64,000 nt of DNA, from contig OX597820.1 in NCBI GenBank assembly GCA_951406725.2, positions 127,472,001 through 127,536,000 of the forward strand, in the 5' to 3' direction. Below are positions 41,809 through 55,267 of this stretch, in pieces. Numbering within the stretch: the first letter of the stretch is position 1; every line of letters begins with the position of its first letter. The position numbers and the translations under genes were made by a program. A model generated the notes under the pieces. It saw nothing but the letters and a program-made list of their open reading frames with translations. It was not told the origin of the DNA and searched no databases. Origin of the DNA: Octopus vulgaris. Taxonomy: Eukaryota.

Positions 41809-43598
41809 TCATTGCTTTCTGTTGTAGGAAAGGTTTTATGCAGGGAACTTCTGGATTGTTTGCTGAAACACGTTACAGAATGTGTTCTTCCAGAAAGTCA
41901 ATCTGTCTTTCGTGTGGGACCCGGCACTGCTGATATGATCTTTTCAGCTAGACTGCTTTAGGAGAAGTGTGTGGAACAGGGTCTGGATTTGTATCAGGTT
42001 TTTGTCGATCTGACAAAAGCCTTTGATACCGTTAATAGAAAAGCATTGTGGAAAGTCCTCCAGAAACTTAGGTGTCCTCAAAAGTTCCTTGCTTTGGTTA
42101 GGTCTTTTCATGAAGACATGAAGGGTAGGGTTAATGTTAGAGGGAAAATGTCGGAGCCCATTTCAATAGGAAATGGAGTGAAACAGGGGGATATTCTGGC
42201 ACCGACCCTATTTTCCATATATTTCGCGATGGTGTTCCGTATTGCATTCAGAAACTGCAGATATGGTGTTTACGTCCATTATTGAACCTCTGGCAGCATA
42301 TTTAATATCAGGCGCTTTGCTGCAAAAACAAAGGTATTTACCTCTATCATAAGAGACCTTTTGTATGCAGATGATTGTGATCTAGTAGTGCACACAGAGA
42401 TTGATATGCAACACATTTTGAATGCATTCTCTGATGCTTGCACTATCTTAGGATTGACAGTCAATCTCAAGAAAACTGTTGTCATGCATCAACCTGCCCC
42501 TGGTAAGCAGTATAGTGTACCAAATATCTATGTGAATGGTAAACGACTTGATATAGTTGATCAGTTTGTCTACTTGGGAAGCACTATTATTAGATATGGC
42601 AATGTGGATGATGAAATTCCATATAAAATTAGGAAAGCAAGTGTTGCTTTCGGAAGGCTAGAAAAACCGCCTCTGGAGTCGGCGAGACATATGCAGAATG
42701 ACAAAGATAAAGGTGTACAAGGCATGTGTGCTCCCTTCTCTTCTCTATGTCTGCGAGACGTGGGTCACATATTGATACCACCTTAAACAACTGGAACGCT
42801 TCCATCAGATGTGTCTCAGACGGATCTATGGCATTAAGTGGGAGAACTGCATTAGTGATCTTGAAATATTGGAAGGCTCTCGGTGCAAAAGTATAGAAGT
42901 TCTTGTGTTAAAGCAAAGGCTCAGATGGAGTGGTCATCTGGTCAGGATGAAGGATTCAAGGATGCCAAAACAACTCTTTTATGGAGAGTTAGCTAAAGGA
43001 GAACGACCTCCACATAAACCAAAAAAGAGGTATAAGGACTTGCTGAAGGCTTCCTTAAGAGATGCTTGCATCTCTCCTGACACATGGGAGGGCATAGCTA
43101 TTGATTGTAGCAGGTGGAGAAGGATTGTGCATGAGGGGACAGCCACTTTTGAGAAATCTTGAGTTGCACATGAGAAAGTAAGGAGGGATGTCAGGAAAGG
43201 CATCGCTGTTACACTTCCTGATGGGAAGGATCTTCCTATAATGCTGACATGCAGTGTCTGTGCAAGACCCTGCCTCAAGAGTCATCTTCGTAGTCATAAA
43301 GCGAGGCAGATGAGTGACAACCTGGCCACTGGTGGTGGTGTAATACACCATACTAATCATATCTGTCGGGCATGTGGAAGAGAGTGTAATTCGGCAGGAG
43401 GACTTAAATGACATGCAAAGGTACATGAAGCCCAGTTACAACTACAGCCAGCTATTACCGGTAAAGGTCTTAGTTGCCAATTCTGTACAAGACATTGTAG
43501 ATCTTTAGCTGGGCTAAAAAGTCACATTCGATCGCAGCACCAACAACAGTTAAGCTTCATGCAATGGCCATACTCGATAACGAGGGGGCAGCCATCAT
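41809..43598 (+). mobile_element. 3' segment of the same RTE LINE (RT, C-terminal zinc fingers, 3' end)
   Basis: SLLSVVGKV, FVDLTKAFDTV, GVKQGDILAPTLF, LYADD, RLRWSGHLVRM; few stops and frameshifts. Confidence 0.92.
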
Positions 43599-43695
43599 AT
43601 ATATATATACATACATACACCAGAGTAAGCACATAAATGCGAAACAAGGTTGAAAAAATAGTACTCAAATACCAGAGGTAGAGTAATATGCTTTC

Positions 43696-43790
43696 TTAAA
43701 AAGCAGCAAAAATATCACAAAAACTGTTAGTCAGAGTTTTTACATGAAACTCTGAGTAACAGTTTTTGTGATATTTTTGCTGCTTTTTAA
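43696..43790. repeat. Palindrome with 44-bp arms containing a hammerhead 3' half
   Basis: Arms 43696-43739 and 43747-43790, one mismatch; GAAACTCTGAGTA-ACAG. Confidence 0.85.
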
Positions 43791-43823
43791 TATATATATT
43801 ATACACACATATATACATATATA

Positions 43824-45112
43824 CGAGAGACGTTCAATAAGTAATGCCTCTGACCCACTTGCAGTTGTTTGATCTAGCTGAAATTTTGCATGTGCAATCA
43901 TTTATATCTCTATAGAGTAAGTGGCAAATTACAGCTCTGAATTAATTGTGGTTTCTGATTTACAGGTGTTTGAACCGAGTCAAGTGTGAAATGGAGCCTG
44001 TTGAGTGTCGAGCAGTGATCCGGTTTTTGTATTTGAAAGGACGCACACCACGGGAGACTTTTGATGAAATGAAAGTAACTTATGGTGATGATGCCCCATC
44101 ATATGACCTTGTAAAACGCTGGCATCGTGAATTCAAACATGGTCGGAACTCTGTGGAAACAGCTCCCAGATCTGGTCGCCCCTTCTGCCATTGATGAGGC
44201 ATCTGTCCGTCAAGTTGAGGCTGCCATTTTGGAAGATCGACGCATAATTATTCGCCAAATAGCCCATGAGGTCAAGATTAGTACCGGGTCTGTGGAAACT
44301 ATCATTCATGACCATTTGCATATGCAAAAGGTGTCTGCCAGATGGATTCCCAGGTTGCTCACGCCTTTCCAGAAGCAAGAACGCGTCGAGTGCTCGAGGG
44401 TGAATTTGGAGATGTGCCAAGAAGATGAGTCAAAATTTTTCAAAAGACTGATTACACAGGATGAAACCTGGGTCCATCACTATGATCCAGAGACCAAAGC
44501 CCAGTCAATGCAGTGGAAGCACCGTGACTCACCCCCTCCAAAGAAGGCAAGGGTGCAGCCCTCCGCTGGCAAGGTCATGCTCACAGTCTTCTGGGACCAG
44601 GACGGAGTAGTGATGACAGATTTCCTGGCAAAGGGTACCACAATTGCAGGAGCCTATTATACTTCACTTTTGAGGAAATTAAGAGAAGTTATCAAAATCA
44701 AGAGGCGGGGCAAGATCAGCAAAGGCATCCTCCTCCTGCAGGACAACGCTCCGGTCCACAACTCGCGTGTCGCCAGATCAGAAGCACAGGCGTATGGCTA
44801 TGAACTCCTCCCCATCCCCCTACTTTCCTGACCTTCCACCCTCTGATTTTCACCTCTTCCCAATCATGAAGTTGTTTTTGAAAGGAAAGCGTTTCCCAGA
44901 TGATGCAGCCTTGATTTCTGAAGTCACGTTGAGGTTGGAGGACCAAGCTGGGTTCTTCTACAAAAACGGTCTCCAGAGCCGCATCAAACGATGGGAGAAA
45001 TGCGTAACTCTGGGTGGTTCCTATGTAGAAAAAGACTAATAACTGTGCCAAGTTTCGTTGCTCTACTGCTATGGGAAGTGGGTCAGGGGCATTACTTATT
45101 GAACGCCCCTAG
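43824..45112 (+). mobile_element. Full-length DD34D mariner transposon (irritans-like), transposase 43991-45039 with two frameshifts
   Basis: ~37-bp imperfect TIRs, TA TSD, motifs WIPRLL, TQDETW, LQDNA, YFPDLPPSDFHLF. Confidence 0.95.
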
Positions 45113-45198
45113 TATTATCATTCACATAACATTTATGTATCGGTTATGTTATGTGAATGATAACATTTTGTAAACAAAAGTGTTTTATATTTAATTTC

Positions 45199-45229
<31 letters not shown>

Positions 45230-45682
45230 CATGTGTTTGAAACTCATAAACTACATCCAATTTACAATAAAAATTTGCAGTTTTATTTTGATAAAAAATC
45301 TGGTGACTTTTGAGCAGAACCTTTGAACCCTGTCCGCCTGCTCTGTCACCTCTAACCGTCACTCCTACTCCATTCATTGCTTTACTCTTCTTTTCGTCTA
45401 GCTTGACCAACAGGACACATTGCATTTTATTATATGTATAGGATATGTAGATCATTGTCATTCTCATCATAATCATCCTTGTTTACATCTGTAGTTTCCA
45501 TGTTGACATTGGTTAGATGGATCATCACAGTCCGACTCATTTCTTATTCAGAGTTGTTGTCCCCCTTGACTTGTTAGAGGATCATGTCTAATTTAAATGG
45601 TTAAATTTTGGGATGTGGTTCTTTTATAGCTGGATCCCCTTCTATATACCAACTATTTTACTGTGTGTGCAGGAGTGCATAC

Positions 45683-45910
45683 CTATTTCTTTACTACCCA
45701 TTAGGGGCTAAACACAGAAGGGACAAACAAGGACAGACAAACGGATTAAGTTGATTACATTGACCCCAGTGCGTAACTGGTACTTAATTTATCGACCCCG
45801 AAAGGATGAAAGCAAAGTCGACCTTGGCGGAATTTGAACTCAGAATGTAACGGCAGACGAAATACGGCTATGCATTTCGCCCGGCATGCTAACGATTCTG
45901 CCAGCTCACC
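45683..45910 (-). mobile_element. tRNA-derived SINE (TCGACCCCGAAAGGATGAAAG family)
   Basis: 14-bp TSD GCAGGAGTGCATAC at 45669-45682 and 45911-45924; B box GAGTTCAAATTCC. Confidence 0.85.
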
Positions 45911-47135
45911 GCAGGAGTGCATACTATTGTGGCACCTCTAGAGGGATTGTCATGTCCTTGAAAAGACCATCCATGTAGGTCTCTTAAGTACATCTATTAC
46001 ATGTATTCACCAAACACTTTACAGAGCAGACTGTGTGTACTTTATTGTGGGGCCAGTACTGTGTACTAAAGGATGTAGAAGAAAGCTGCAATTGCAGAAG
46101 ATGAATGAGAGTGAAAGAGAGGAAAGAAGTCGGAGCATAAAAGGAGAGAGTGAGTACTAAATGGAGCTAATGGATAGAACAGTAATAGTATGTTGTAATG
46201 ACAAGCGCAGTGTAATAGAAAGGGGGTCCTGGGTGAGAGTGAGGGACAAATATTTGTGAAAAAGGTAGCAGTTAGAGTGTGATGGATGTCAATACTGTGT
46301 AACACGACTTTTGTCCTTGGGGAGCAACTGTTATTTCCCATTTGCTGACCCCTAGAAAGTAGGAAAAAGGGCTAATATTTCCTTCATACTTTGCTTTTGT
46401 AACATTTAACTCGAACCCCTCCAAATTCCTCTCAACACATGGCTATGATGCTCCCCTACTACTCTACTCCTGCTCATGATCAGAGTTGCACATAGTGTTA
46501 ACTGCTAAATGACATGCTCAAGTGGTTCAGGTCAAGCAACTGACAAGCAGATCTGTGGTATTGAGCAGAATATTTGCTATAATGATATTTCTGCTTCAGC
46601 AACTCAGCACTGAATCTGTCTGAAATGTAATGGGAAATAGGTCAGTTTCAAATCACAAAAGCAAAGTTTGAAGGGAATGGTAGTCATTTCCTTTGATTTC
46701 TAAAAGAAGCAAATAGGAAATAACACTTACTGACAAAAAAAAAAAAGAAAGGAAAAAAAAAAGATTGCTACACAGTGTAATATGTGACTTGGCTTATGAG
46801 TGGCTAGTAATGATAGGAGAGGAGGGTGTATCGGATATGACGCAGTCCCTTGTTAATTAGGCCTCACTTTTAACAGGTAGATTACTACTTTGACAATGAT
46901 GAAAGGCTCCAGAGAAAAATAAGTGACCTCTGTCATTTTTAATTCATCATCTATTTTTATTGTTAATGGTTGAAAATAGAACAAAACAGTTCCAAGACAG
47001 GAAAAATGAGATTAACAATGTCCTGTAAGAGAATGTTGAGCTCATCCTAGTAATTTTATTGGGCAGCATGTGTGATAGTGTGTGGGTGAAAAAGAGATAC
47101 AGAAAGAAGGTTAGTGAGTAAATGCATGGTTTACA

Positions 47136-47304
47136 GGCGTAGAAGTGGCTGTGTGGTAAGTAGCTTGCTTACCAACCACATGGTTCAGGGTTCAGTCCCA
47201 CTGCGTGACACCTTGGGCAAGTGTCTTCTACTATAGCCTCGGGCCGACCAAAGCCTTGTGAATGGATTTGGTAGATGGAAAGTGAAAGAAGCCCATCGTA
47301 TATA

Positions 47305-47343
<39 letters not shown>

Positions 47344-47892
47344 CATCATCATCATTTAACGTCCGTTTTCCATGCTAGCATGGGTTTGACGGTTCGACTG
47401 GGGTCTGGTAAGCCATGGAGGCTGCACCAGGCTCTAGTCTGATTTGGTAGTGTTTCTACAGCTGGATGCTCTTCCTAACGCCAACCACTCCGTGAGTGTA
47501 GTGGGTGTTTTTTACATGCCACTGGCACAGGGGCCAGAGCAGGCTGGCAAACGGCCACGATCTGCTGGTGCTTTTACGTGTCACCAACACGGACACCAGT
47601 CAGGCGGCGCTAGTATCTGCCACATTCAGACAGTGCTTTTTACGTGTCACCGGCACGGTTGTCTTAACTAATATATATATGTGTGTGTGTGTGTTTGTGT
47701 GTCTGTTTGTCCTCCCAACATCGCTTGACAACTGATGCTGGTGTGTTTACATACCCGTAACTTAGCGGTTCAGCAACAGAGATGATAAAATAAGTCCTAG
47801 GCTTACAAAGAATAAGTCCTGGGGTCGATTCGCTCGACTAAAGGCGGTGCTCCAGCATGGCTACAGTCAAATGACTGAAACAAGTAAAAGAG
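47136..47892 (+). mobile_element. Full SINE (5091-5510 family) with a nested minus-strand RTE 3'-UTR copy (47343-47665) in its internal microsatellite
   Basis: SINE head 47136-47300 and tail 47690-47892 flank the inserted element. Confidence 0.85.
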
Positions 47893-48277
47893 GTTGATTT
47901 TTAAGTTTGTAGTTTGGCTGTTGAGTATTGCCGAATGTCCAAGATGACCGGTCATCTAACGAAGTGTATGACCCCATCTCTTCTTTCTCTTTCCATCCTC
48001 TTCTGTCTGGTCATGTCCATTTGAGCCCCTGCTTGATGTTTTGTATTCTTTTTATAAGCTGTGATTAGTTTAATCAAAGCTAGCCTCACATTCGTTAGAA
48101 TGTTTGCTGATGTCAGTCAAAGAATTTGATGTGTTGAGTGTCATTGGTTAGATTCTTTTCATGACATTATCATTCAATTTGAAAGAAGCTGTTTTTGTGA
48201 TATGAAGCAAGAAGTCCAAGTTCAAACCCAGAAAGGAACCTGCTTACACACTGATGATAATTATCTATCCTTCCCCA

Positions 48278-48315
<38 letters not shown>

Positions 48316-48479
48316 TCCTGCATACTTTTGTTCTTTTGTTTAGCACTGCTCTCACAAGTCATTTTCATTTTTTTTTGCCTACCAGACAACAGAGCATGGT
48401 ATTTTGTCAAATCCTTTTTCCATGTTATTGTTGTTTCACCAAGATAAGAGTCTCATTGGTACACTTTTTCAGCACAAAC

Positions 48480-49740
48480 CTGAGCTGCATCTCATCTAAG
48501 CTTATTTTCTTTCTAAATTAGCTCTACTGTAACACTCTCTATTGTTGATAGAGACTCTGAGCTGTTGGCCAGCTAAGCTATCGTTGGACTATAAAGAAAC
48601 TTGTATACACACACACGCTTCTTTAAGTTTTCATTTACCAAATAAACCTGAAAGAATGTGGTTGAGAGATAATCTCCTTAACCACAGTGTCATGTTGTCT
48701 CTATCAACAACTTTGTCCATCAGTTTGATATCTCTGTTCATTCTTTCTTCCTTGGGTATCTTCTTGATGATATCACTGCAGTCATTGGCAATGAGTCTGT
48801 TCCTGTACTTCCTGAATGTCTAATATGGGTTGTATTTTGATGGATATTTTAACATCTCAGAGATTGTGCCTTATGGTCTGCCTGTTTTCCCCACTAACAT
48901 CTTTAATATCCGCCTTGACTGTATAGCACTTGATATCTATAGCTAATCTCTGTTGGGTCTATTTGGGATATCTTTCTGTCCCAAGCATTTTCCTTGTTCA
49001 ACAACCTCTTGTAAGAGCATTTCCATACTTCTTTCTTCTTGGCACCAGTGAGGGCAAGGATCCTGCTATCATCACTGGGAACATTCTTCTCATCAATAAT
49101 GCCCTGATTCGTACTGTTATATTAATTTGCAATCCAGAACACTTCATGTCTCTTATCCATGTTGTAGAATATTGGCAATCATCTTACTTTCCACTTATCC
49201 CTGTAACTATGTATATTTGATGTTTAACCATTTTTGTTTTTAGCAGAATTTGAAAAAAAAATTCTCTTAGTCACTTTTGGGGGCTGGTACATGGCTGCTT
49301 CTTTTACGATGGCATTCTACTGATTATCATCTTCTGGTGTTCCATATTTGAAATATATTTCTTGACCATTATAAATATGATCTAAGCTTTTTAACTTCAT
49401 GCAACATTATTTAAAAGAAGTCTTCATGTTGGCTGAGCAGTGTAAACTTTACCTAAAGCACTTACAAATCTTACATTTCTATAACCTTCTGCTTTGCTTT
49501 CTTTCTTTTTATTTTTGTTGTTGTTCCATGAGTAATAAGATAATAACTGGTGATACAATAAGGTTTCAACAAATACATCTTGGCATAGTTTTTAAAAAAT
49601 GCTAGAGCAATTGTCTCTTTAGGAGCAAGCACCTACTGGACAAATGTTCCATTAGTAAATAACCATTGTTCATTATCTAAATAAGCTACTAGTTGCTGTA
49701 CTGCAGGACATCTTTCATGAATGGGAAAGCTAAAAATTCT
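48480..49740 (-). pseudogene. Very degraded LINE (RTE-like) remnant
   Basis: Patchy LINE-like coding remnants on the minus strand; no long ORF. Confidence 0.35.
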
Positions 49741-50164
49741 CTAAAAGTTTCACTGCTGCTTAAGTAGTGACTTTGTTGGCAGTTGGTCAATTTTGTTGCA
49801 GAGCAGCTGTAGCTGCAGTGAATTCTTTTTTGATATACTTGCACATAAACACTTGAAACATAGGACAGAATTACAAGATCCTACATTAATATGAAGATAA
49901 AAATTTTAGTCAAGGGAGGACAGTAAAAAAGTATTCATCTGTCTCTGAATGCATGTTTGTTCTGATTTATGTTCATCTTGAATTTCCTTCCATTTAACAT
50001 CGCATGTAAATATGGTAACTAGGCACAGGCATGACTTTGTGGTTAAGAAGATCATTTCTCAACCACATTCTTTCAGGTTCAGTGCCACTGCATGGCTCCT
50101 TAAGCAAGTATATTTTTCTAGAACTCTGATTACTTTTAACTTAATCACATTATAAATGTGAACA

Positions 50165-50465
50165 GTGGAGGTGTGTGGCTTAATGGTTAGGGTGTTGGAC
50201 TCATGATCACAAGATTGTGGTTTCGATTCCTGGACTGGGTGATGCATTGTGTTCCTGAGCAAAACACTTCATTTCATGTTGCTCCAATCCACTCAGCTGG
50301 CAAAAATGAGTTCCACTAGCGGAGGCACATCACTTAGTGTTTAGGGTGTTGAATTCATGACTGTAAGATTGTGGTTTCGATCTCTGGACTGGGCGATCCA
50401 TTGTGTTATTGAGCAAAACACTTCATTTCACATTGCTGTAGTCCACTCAGCTGTAGAAATGAGTT
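50165..50465 (+). mobile_element. Two adjacent truncated tRNA-derived SINE heads
   Basis: Repeated TTAGGGTGTTG..TCATGA...GTGGTTTCGAT...GAGCAAAACACTTCATTTC. Confidence 0.75.
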
Positions 50466-50664
50466 TAACCTGGAGAGGGATGGGTTCCACCCGGCTTTCT
50501 TGCCATAGATATGCTGCATGGCTGAAGCACCCCAATAACTCCCAAGGGGTTAAGGGACGTTGTCAAATGTGAACATATGCCATTACATCTTGAGTGCATT
50601 CATGCATGTGATGTGGGCTGTTTGTAAAAGTTTTTGCAAGGAGGCAAAGTTGGCTAACCTCTCT

Positions 50665-51120
50665 TATCTTTTATTTTTTAGTTGTTTCAGTCATTACACT
50701 GCAGCCATCCTGGGGCACTGCCTTAAAATTTAGTTGAATGAATTTACCGCAGTACTTATTTTTTGAGCTTGGTACTTATTCTATCGGCTTCTTTTGCTGA
50801 ACTGCTAAGTTATAGAAACATAAACACACCAACACTGGTTGTGAAGTGGTGATGGGAGGACTGGATAGGAAAGCCTTCTTTTTTCTGTTGAGGGCTTATA
50901 TGCCCCTTTATTAGACTATTTTAGTCATTGCATGGTGAAAAATACCATAATATATATATATATACAACAGGCTTCTTTCAGTTTCCATCTACCAAATCCA
51001 CTTAGAAGGCTTTGGTCAGCCTGAGGCTATAGTAGAAGACACTGGCCCAAAGTGCCACGCAGTGGGACTGAACCGTGAACCATGTGGCTGGGAAGCAAGC
51101 TTCTTACCCCACAGCCACTC
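50665..51120 (-). mobile_element. SINE (5091-5510 family)
   Basis: Family tail at left, tRNA head at right. Confidence 0.78.
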
Positions 51121-51940
51121 AGTTTAATTCTCTCTAATGTGTTCCAATGTAACATACTCTTTCTGCTTGTGCTTTTGCATACACACATCAATAGCAAATT
51201 GACGAGAAAGGTTCCTAACCCACAGATAATGATTTAGTGAATTAATGAGAACTGTAAATTTATAAGCGTAGAAGTGCACACATGACACTGTTTTGCCAGA
51301 AATCCACACAATTACCTGAATCACTGAATACTAATTTGCATTTTATAAAGTCACTACGTCACTTATGAAACCACTTAGCGTCATTTAAAGAAATCTTGCA
51401 TTGATAGCAAAGTGACCCAAGTGTGTGATATGGTTTTGATCTTGATTTGTAAATGAATGTTTGTGAAGGTAATGAGTCTGGTGTTTTAATGCTGTCACTC
51501 TGAATTCCTGCTGTAGTGGGAATCGGTTAAACATCATCTCTGCTGGATTCCCAATAAAGCAGTAATAAACAACACACATAGAAAAATAGGCAGCAGATTC
51601 TGTCTTTTAGTTTACCTGCAATCATTACTCTTGAGCTGTATATGCAGCTATTTATTTTTGGCTCAGGTGCCCAGGTGGAGGGTAAAGTTAGAGACAGAGA
51701 CTTGGGTCATAGAGGGTTAATATCCACATAAAGAAGTCCATAACACTGCACAGTAGTTTACGTCTAGAAAAATATTGAATGCTTTTTGAATGATTTTTCA
51801 CATCAAAATATTACATGCCTTATATGGTGATGTGTACGAAATAAAAATTGAAATACCTGGGTAATGTGGTTTGCGTCCAGAGAAATATAGATTATTCTAG
51901 AACTGATATAAAATTACACCCTGTACAAGCAACAAGCATA

Positions 51941-52255
51941 CTCTTTTATTTGCTTCAGTCATTTGACTACGGCCATGCTGGAGCACTGCCTTTAGTCGAG
52001 CAATTTAATCCCAGGACTTATTCTTTGTAAGCCTAGTACTTACTCTATCGGTCTCTTTTGCCGAACCACTAAGTTATGGGGACGTAAACACATCACCATT
52101 GGTTGTCAAGCGATGCTGGGGTGGGGGAGGACAAACACAGACACACAAACACACACACACATATATATATATATACACACAAATAAACGACGGGCTTCTT
52201 TCAGTTTCCGTCTACCAAATCCACTCACAAGGCTTTGGTCGGGCCGAGGCTATAG
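51941..52255 (-). mobile_element. SINE (5091-5510 family), head truncated
   Basis: Family tail and body. Confidence 0.8.
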
Positions 52256-53780
52256 GCAAGTTGTGTGGTTAAGATGTTTGTTTGAAACCATGTAGTTTCA
52301 GGTTCAGTTCCACTGCACAGCACTTTGGGCAAATGTCTCCTAAAAAAGCCAACCACGATGGTTTGACAAGATTCGACGGGCTGAGTGGAAGTGGGGACAT
52401 ATTTTGTTCCAACGTATCAGTTTTGGCATGGTTTCTATGGCTAGATGTCCCATTCTAATGCCATCCGCCCTACATAATGTTCTGGGTGCGTTCTTTTTTT
52501 CATGGCACCAGCACTATAGAAGTTGTACGGTTCTCAAAATTTCTAGAGACCCCTCAACACTGCATTACCTTTGTTTGATTTCCAACCACTTTACAGAGTG
52601 TAGTCGGCACTTATTTTCATGCCACCAACACCAGTGGGGTTGCTTTGCAACCCGCAAGGCAAAATAGCCTCTATAACTGAGAGAAAGAGAGAGGACTCCG
52701 AGCGAATTGTTGAGAGCTGTTTAGTGTATGATTGGCGTTATGGATTTTTTGTTGCGAGAGGAAGATAGTGAAAACAGTAACAAACGATAGATTGTTGCGA
52801 GCGAATAATAGAAGGGAGATGGGAATGACAAACGGTAGCTTCAGCAGTTTGTTTGTGTACGTGATGGAGGGAGGGAGGGAGAGTGTAGGAGTGACCTAAT
52901 GCTAACCCGTATGTATATATTGGTATGTCTAATAGTATATATAGTACATATTAAAATATATCGACACACACACGAGAAAGCATATGTATTCAGTTTGCTA
53001 GTATTTTCAAAGATGTTATTTTATTCGGTTGGAGCTGACCCTTTTATTTTCCCTCCATAAACCTTCTGACGTTTTTGTTTTCCTTCAGAGATGATGTATC
53101 TGGAGTACGTTATCATATGTATCCTTTTCTTACCCTCTTAAGATGCTAGCATGTAGTATGGTTGAAATTTGGCTATCATTTCTAGCACATCGAGTGACCA
53201 CATGGAAAATCACTCCTTGGCTCGTTTAAGAAATGTATTTTAAACTTAACATTATATTATTTATTTCGTAAATATCTATTAAATGGCAGCATTTTATTTT
53301 TGCAGTGTTTTCTTCCTGACATGAACAGATTAAAATTTTCTAAATAGATTAATAAACGAAGAAATGCAATTTCTTTAGTTTTCTCAAAGAAAACCTGAAA
53401 TTATTAACAGATGGGTGATATTCCGGTCTAATTCTCCTGCGACGGGACAGGCGTAACAATTATAAATATCAGTTCTGTGTAGGAATACGGCGACCTACAA
53501 CGGATTTTGCCGCTCTCATGTTTCAACCATTGAACGTTTGAAAGGGGACCCTGACTTACTTTTGTCAACAAACATGCATGTTTACTTTTTTAATACTTTT
53601 AATGTTTTTTTTTATATCTCCAACTGTAATACACATCAACCATGTCATACACACGCTTGTCTGCATGGGTACATGCATTTTCATTATCAACTTAGCAAAA
53701 ATAAACACCAACTTTAAAAACTAAACACCACGTCGAGCATACATATGCGCGTGCGTATGTAATATATATGTATATATATG

Positions 53781-53820
<40 letters not shown>

Positions 53821-53823
53821 AAC

Positions 53824-53856
<33 letters not shown>

Positions 53857-54826
53857 TATATATATACACACACACATATATATATATACACACACACACA
53901 CACATACATACACACTCTTACATTTTGAGTCTATTTTTCTTTGCATTTAAATTTACAGGCAAGTGGGGGGCGGGGAGAACTCGTCAATACCAAAGCAGAG
54001 TAATTATTTCGTGTTGTCCTGAGAACACTCTTCCTTGCTACTCTGAGTATCGCAGTTCTTCACTGATCAGCAACAGCGTACGCTAAAAGTTTCGCGTGTT
54101 TAAAGTAAAAATCATTTCTTCAAATAATAAATGTTTTCCAATGATTTTCGAGCACAGTGGAACCTTGTTCCGTTTTAGGAGTCGGAGATGACATACTTAG
54201 CAAGTTGTTTGACATTAGATTTTCACTAATGAAGAGTACGATTGTCTTATGTGTGTGTTCCTTTGTTTTTGGCGAAGAATTAGCTAAGGTTTCCAGCGGG
54301 CTACCACATAAAAGACTTACTTGTTGGCCTGACATACATACGTGCATGCATACATATATAATACGTATATACACGTGCACACACTCACACATGATGTTTG
54401 CGTTTGTAAAAGAAAGATACGGACACTCCTTTCCTTACAATTCGTCCAAATGCAGGGGTAGCGCTATATGGTAGCCTCTCTCATTGAAAAAAAATGGTTT
54501 TCCTACTGAAAAAAAGAAAAAAAAGGACAAAAGAAAACTTCGACATTACAGTACATAGACGTATGTGTGTATCTATCTATCTGTCTGTTTGTCTAAAACA
54601 AGAACTCAAGACAAATATGAATAGACTCAGAATGTAGATATGTTTGTATGTAAGTTCCACGTGTTGTTCATTTCTGCTGAAACCATTCGAAGGGAGATAA
54701 GTCAACCAACACTCAATGACGTTTCAGTGAAGTTTTGGCTCCAGTTGAAATTATTTACGATTTGTAAAAGCGAATCATGTAAGATTCGAATTGGGTACAT
54801 ATATCATGTCAACGAGAAATTATATA

Positions 54827-55232
54827 GGATCTTTTCGGTTTGAACGGCAGTTTTTAACATAATTTCTACGTAACTAAAAGATTTTAAACTTCGTATGCTG
54901 CTAGAATGTGTTTATAAAACATCTTTTTCTCTTGGCTTTATTGAGAAAATTCTATAGTTTCTAAGATATTTGTTGTTTTTTTCATCAATTTCTGCAATTT
55001 CAACCAATCACCGACGTCTATTGAGGTAAAAACAAACATTCTGTGCCATATGAATATGTCCCTCGTTTAAGAAACATATTGGCTTTATTTACATTTGTGA
55101 AGAAAAAAAGATACCCTTCCCTCACCCCTAAAACAGATTGAAATGCAATAGATCGATACTAGGGTCATAATTATGGGTGACAATTTCATATGACACCGCT
55201 AAAAAAAACTGCCGTTCAAACCGAAAGGATCC
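54827..55232. mobile_element. MITE with 29-bp TIRs
   Basis: GGATCTTTTCGGTTTGAACGGCAGTTTTT matches the reverse complement of the right end with one mismatch. Confidence 0.85.
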
Positions 55233-55267
55233 ATTATATAATTATAATACTTTTATAGTATTATAAA

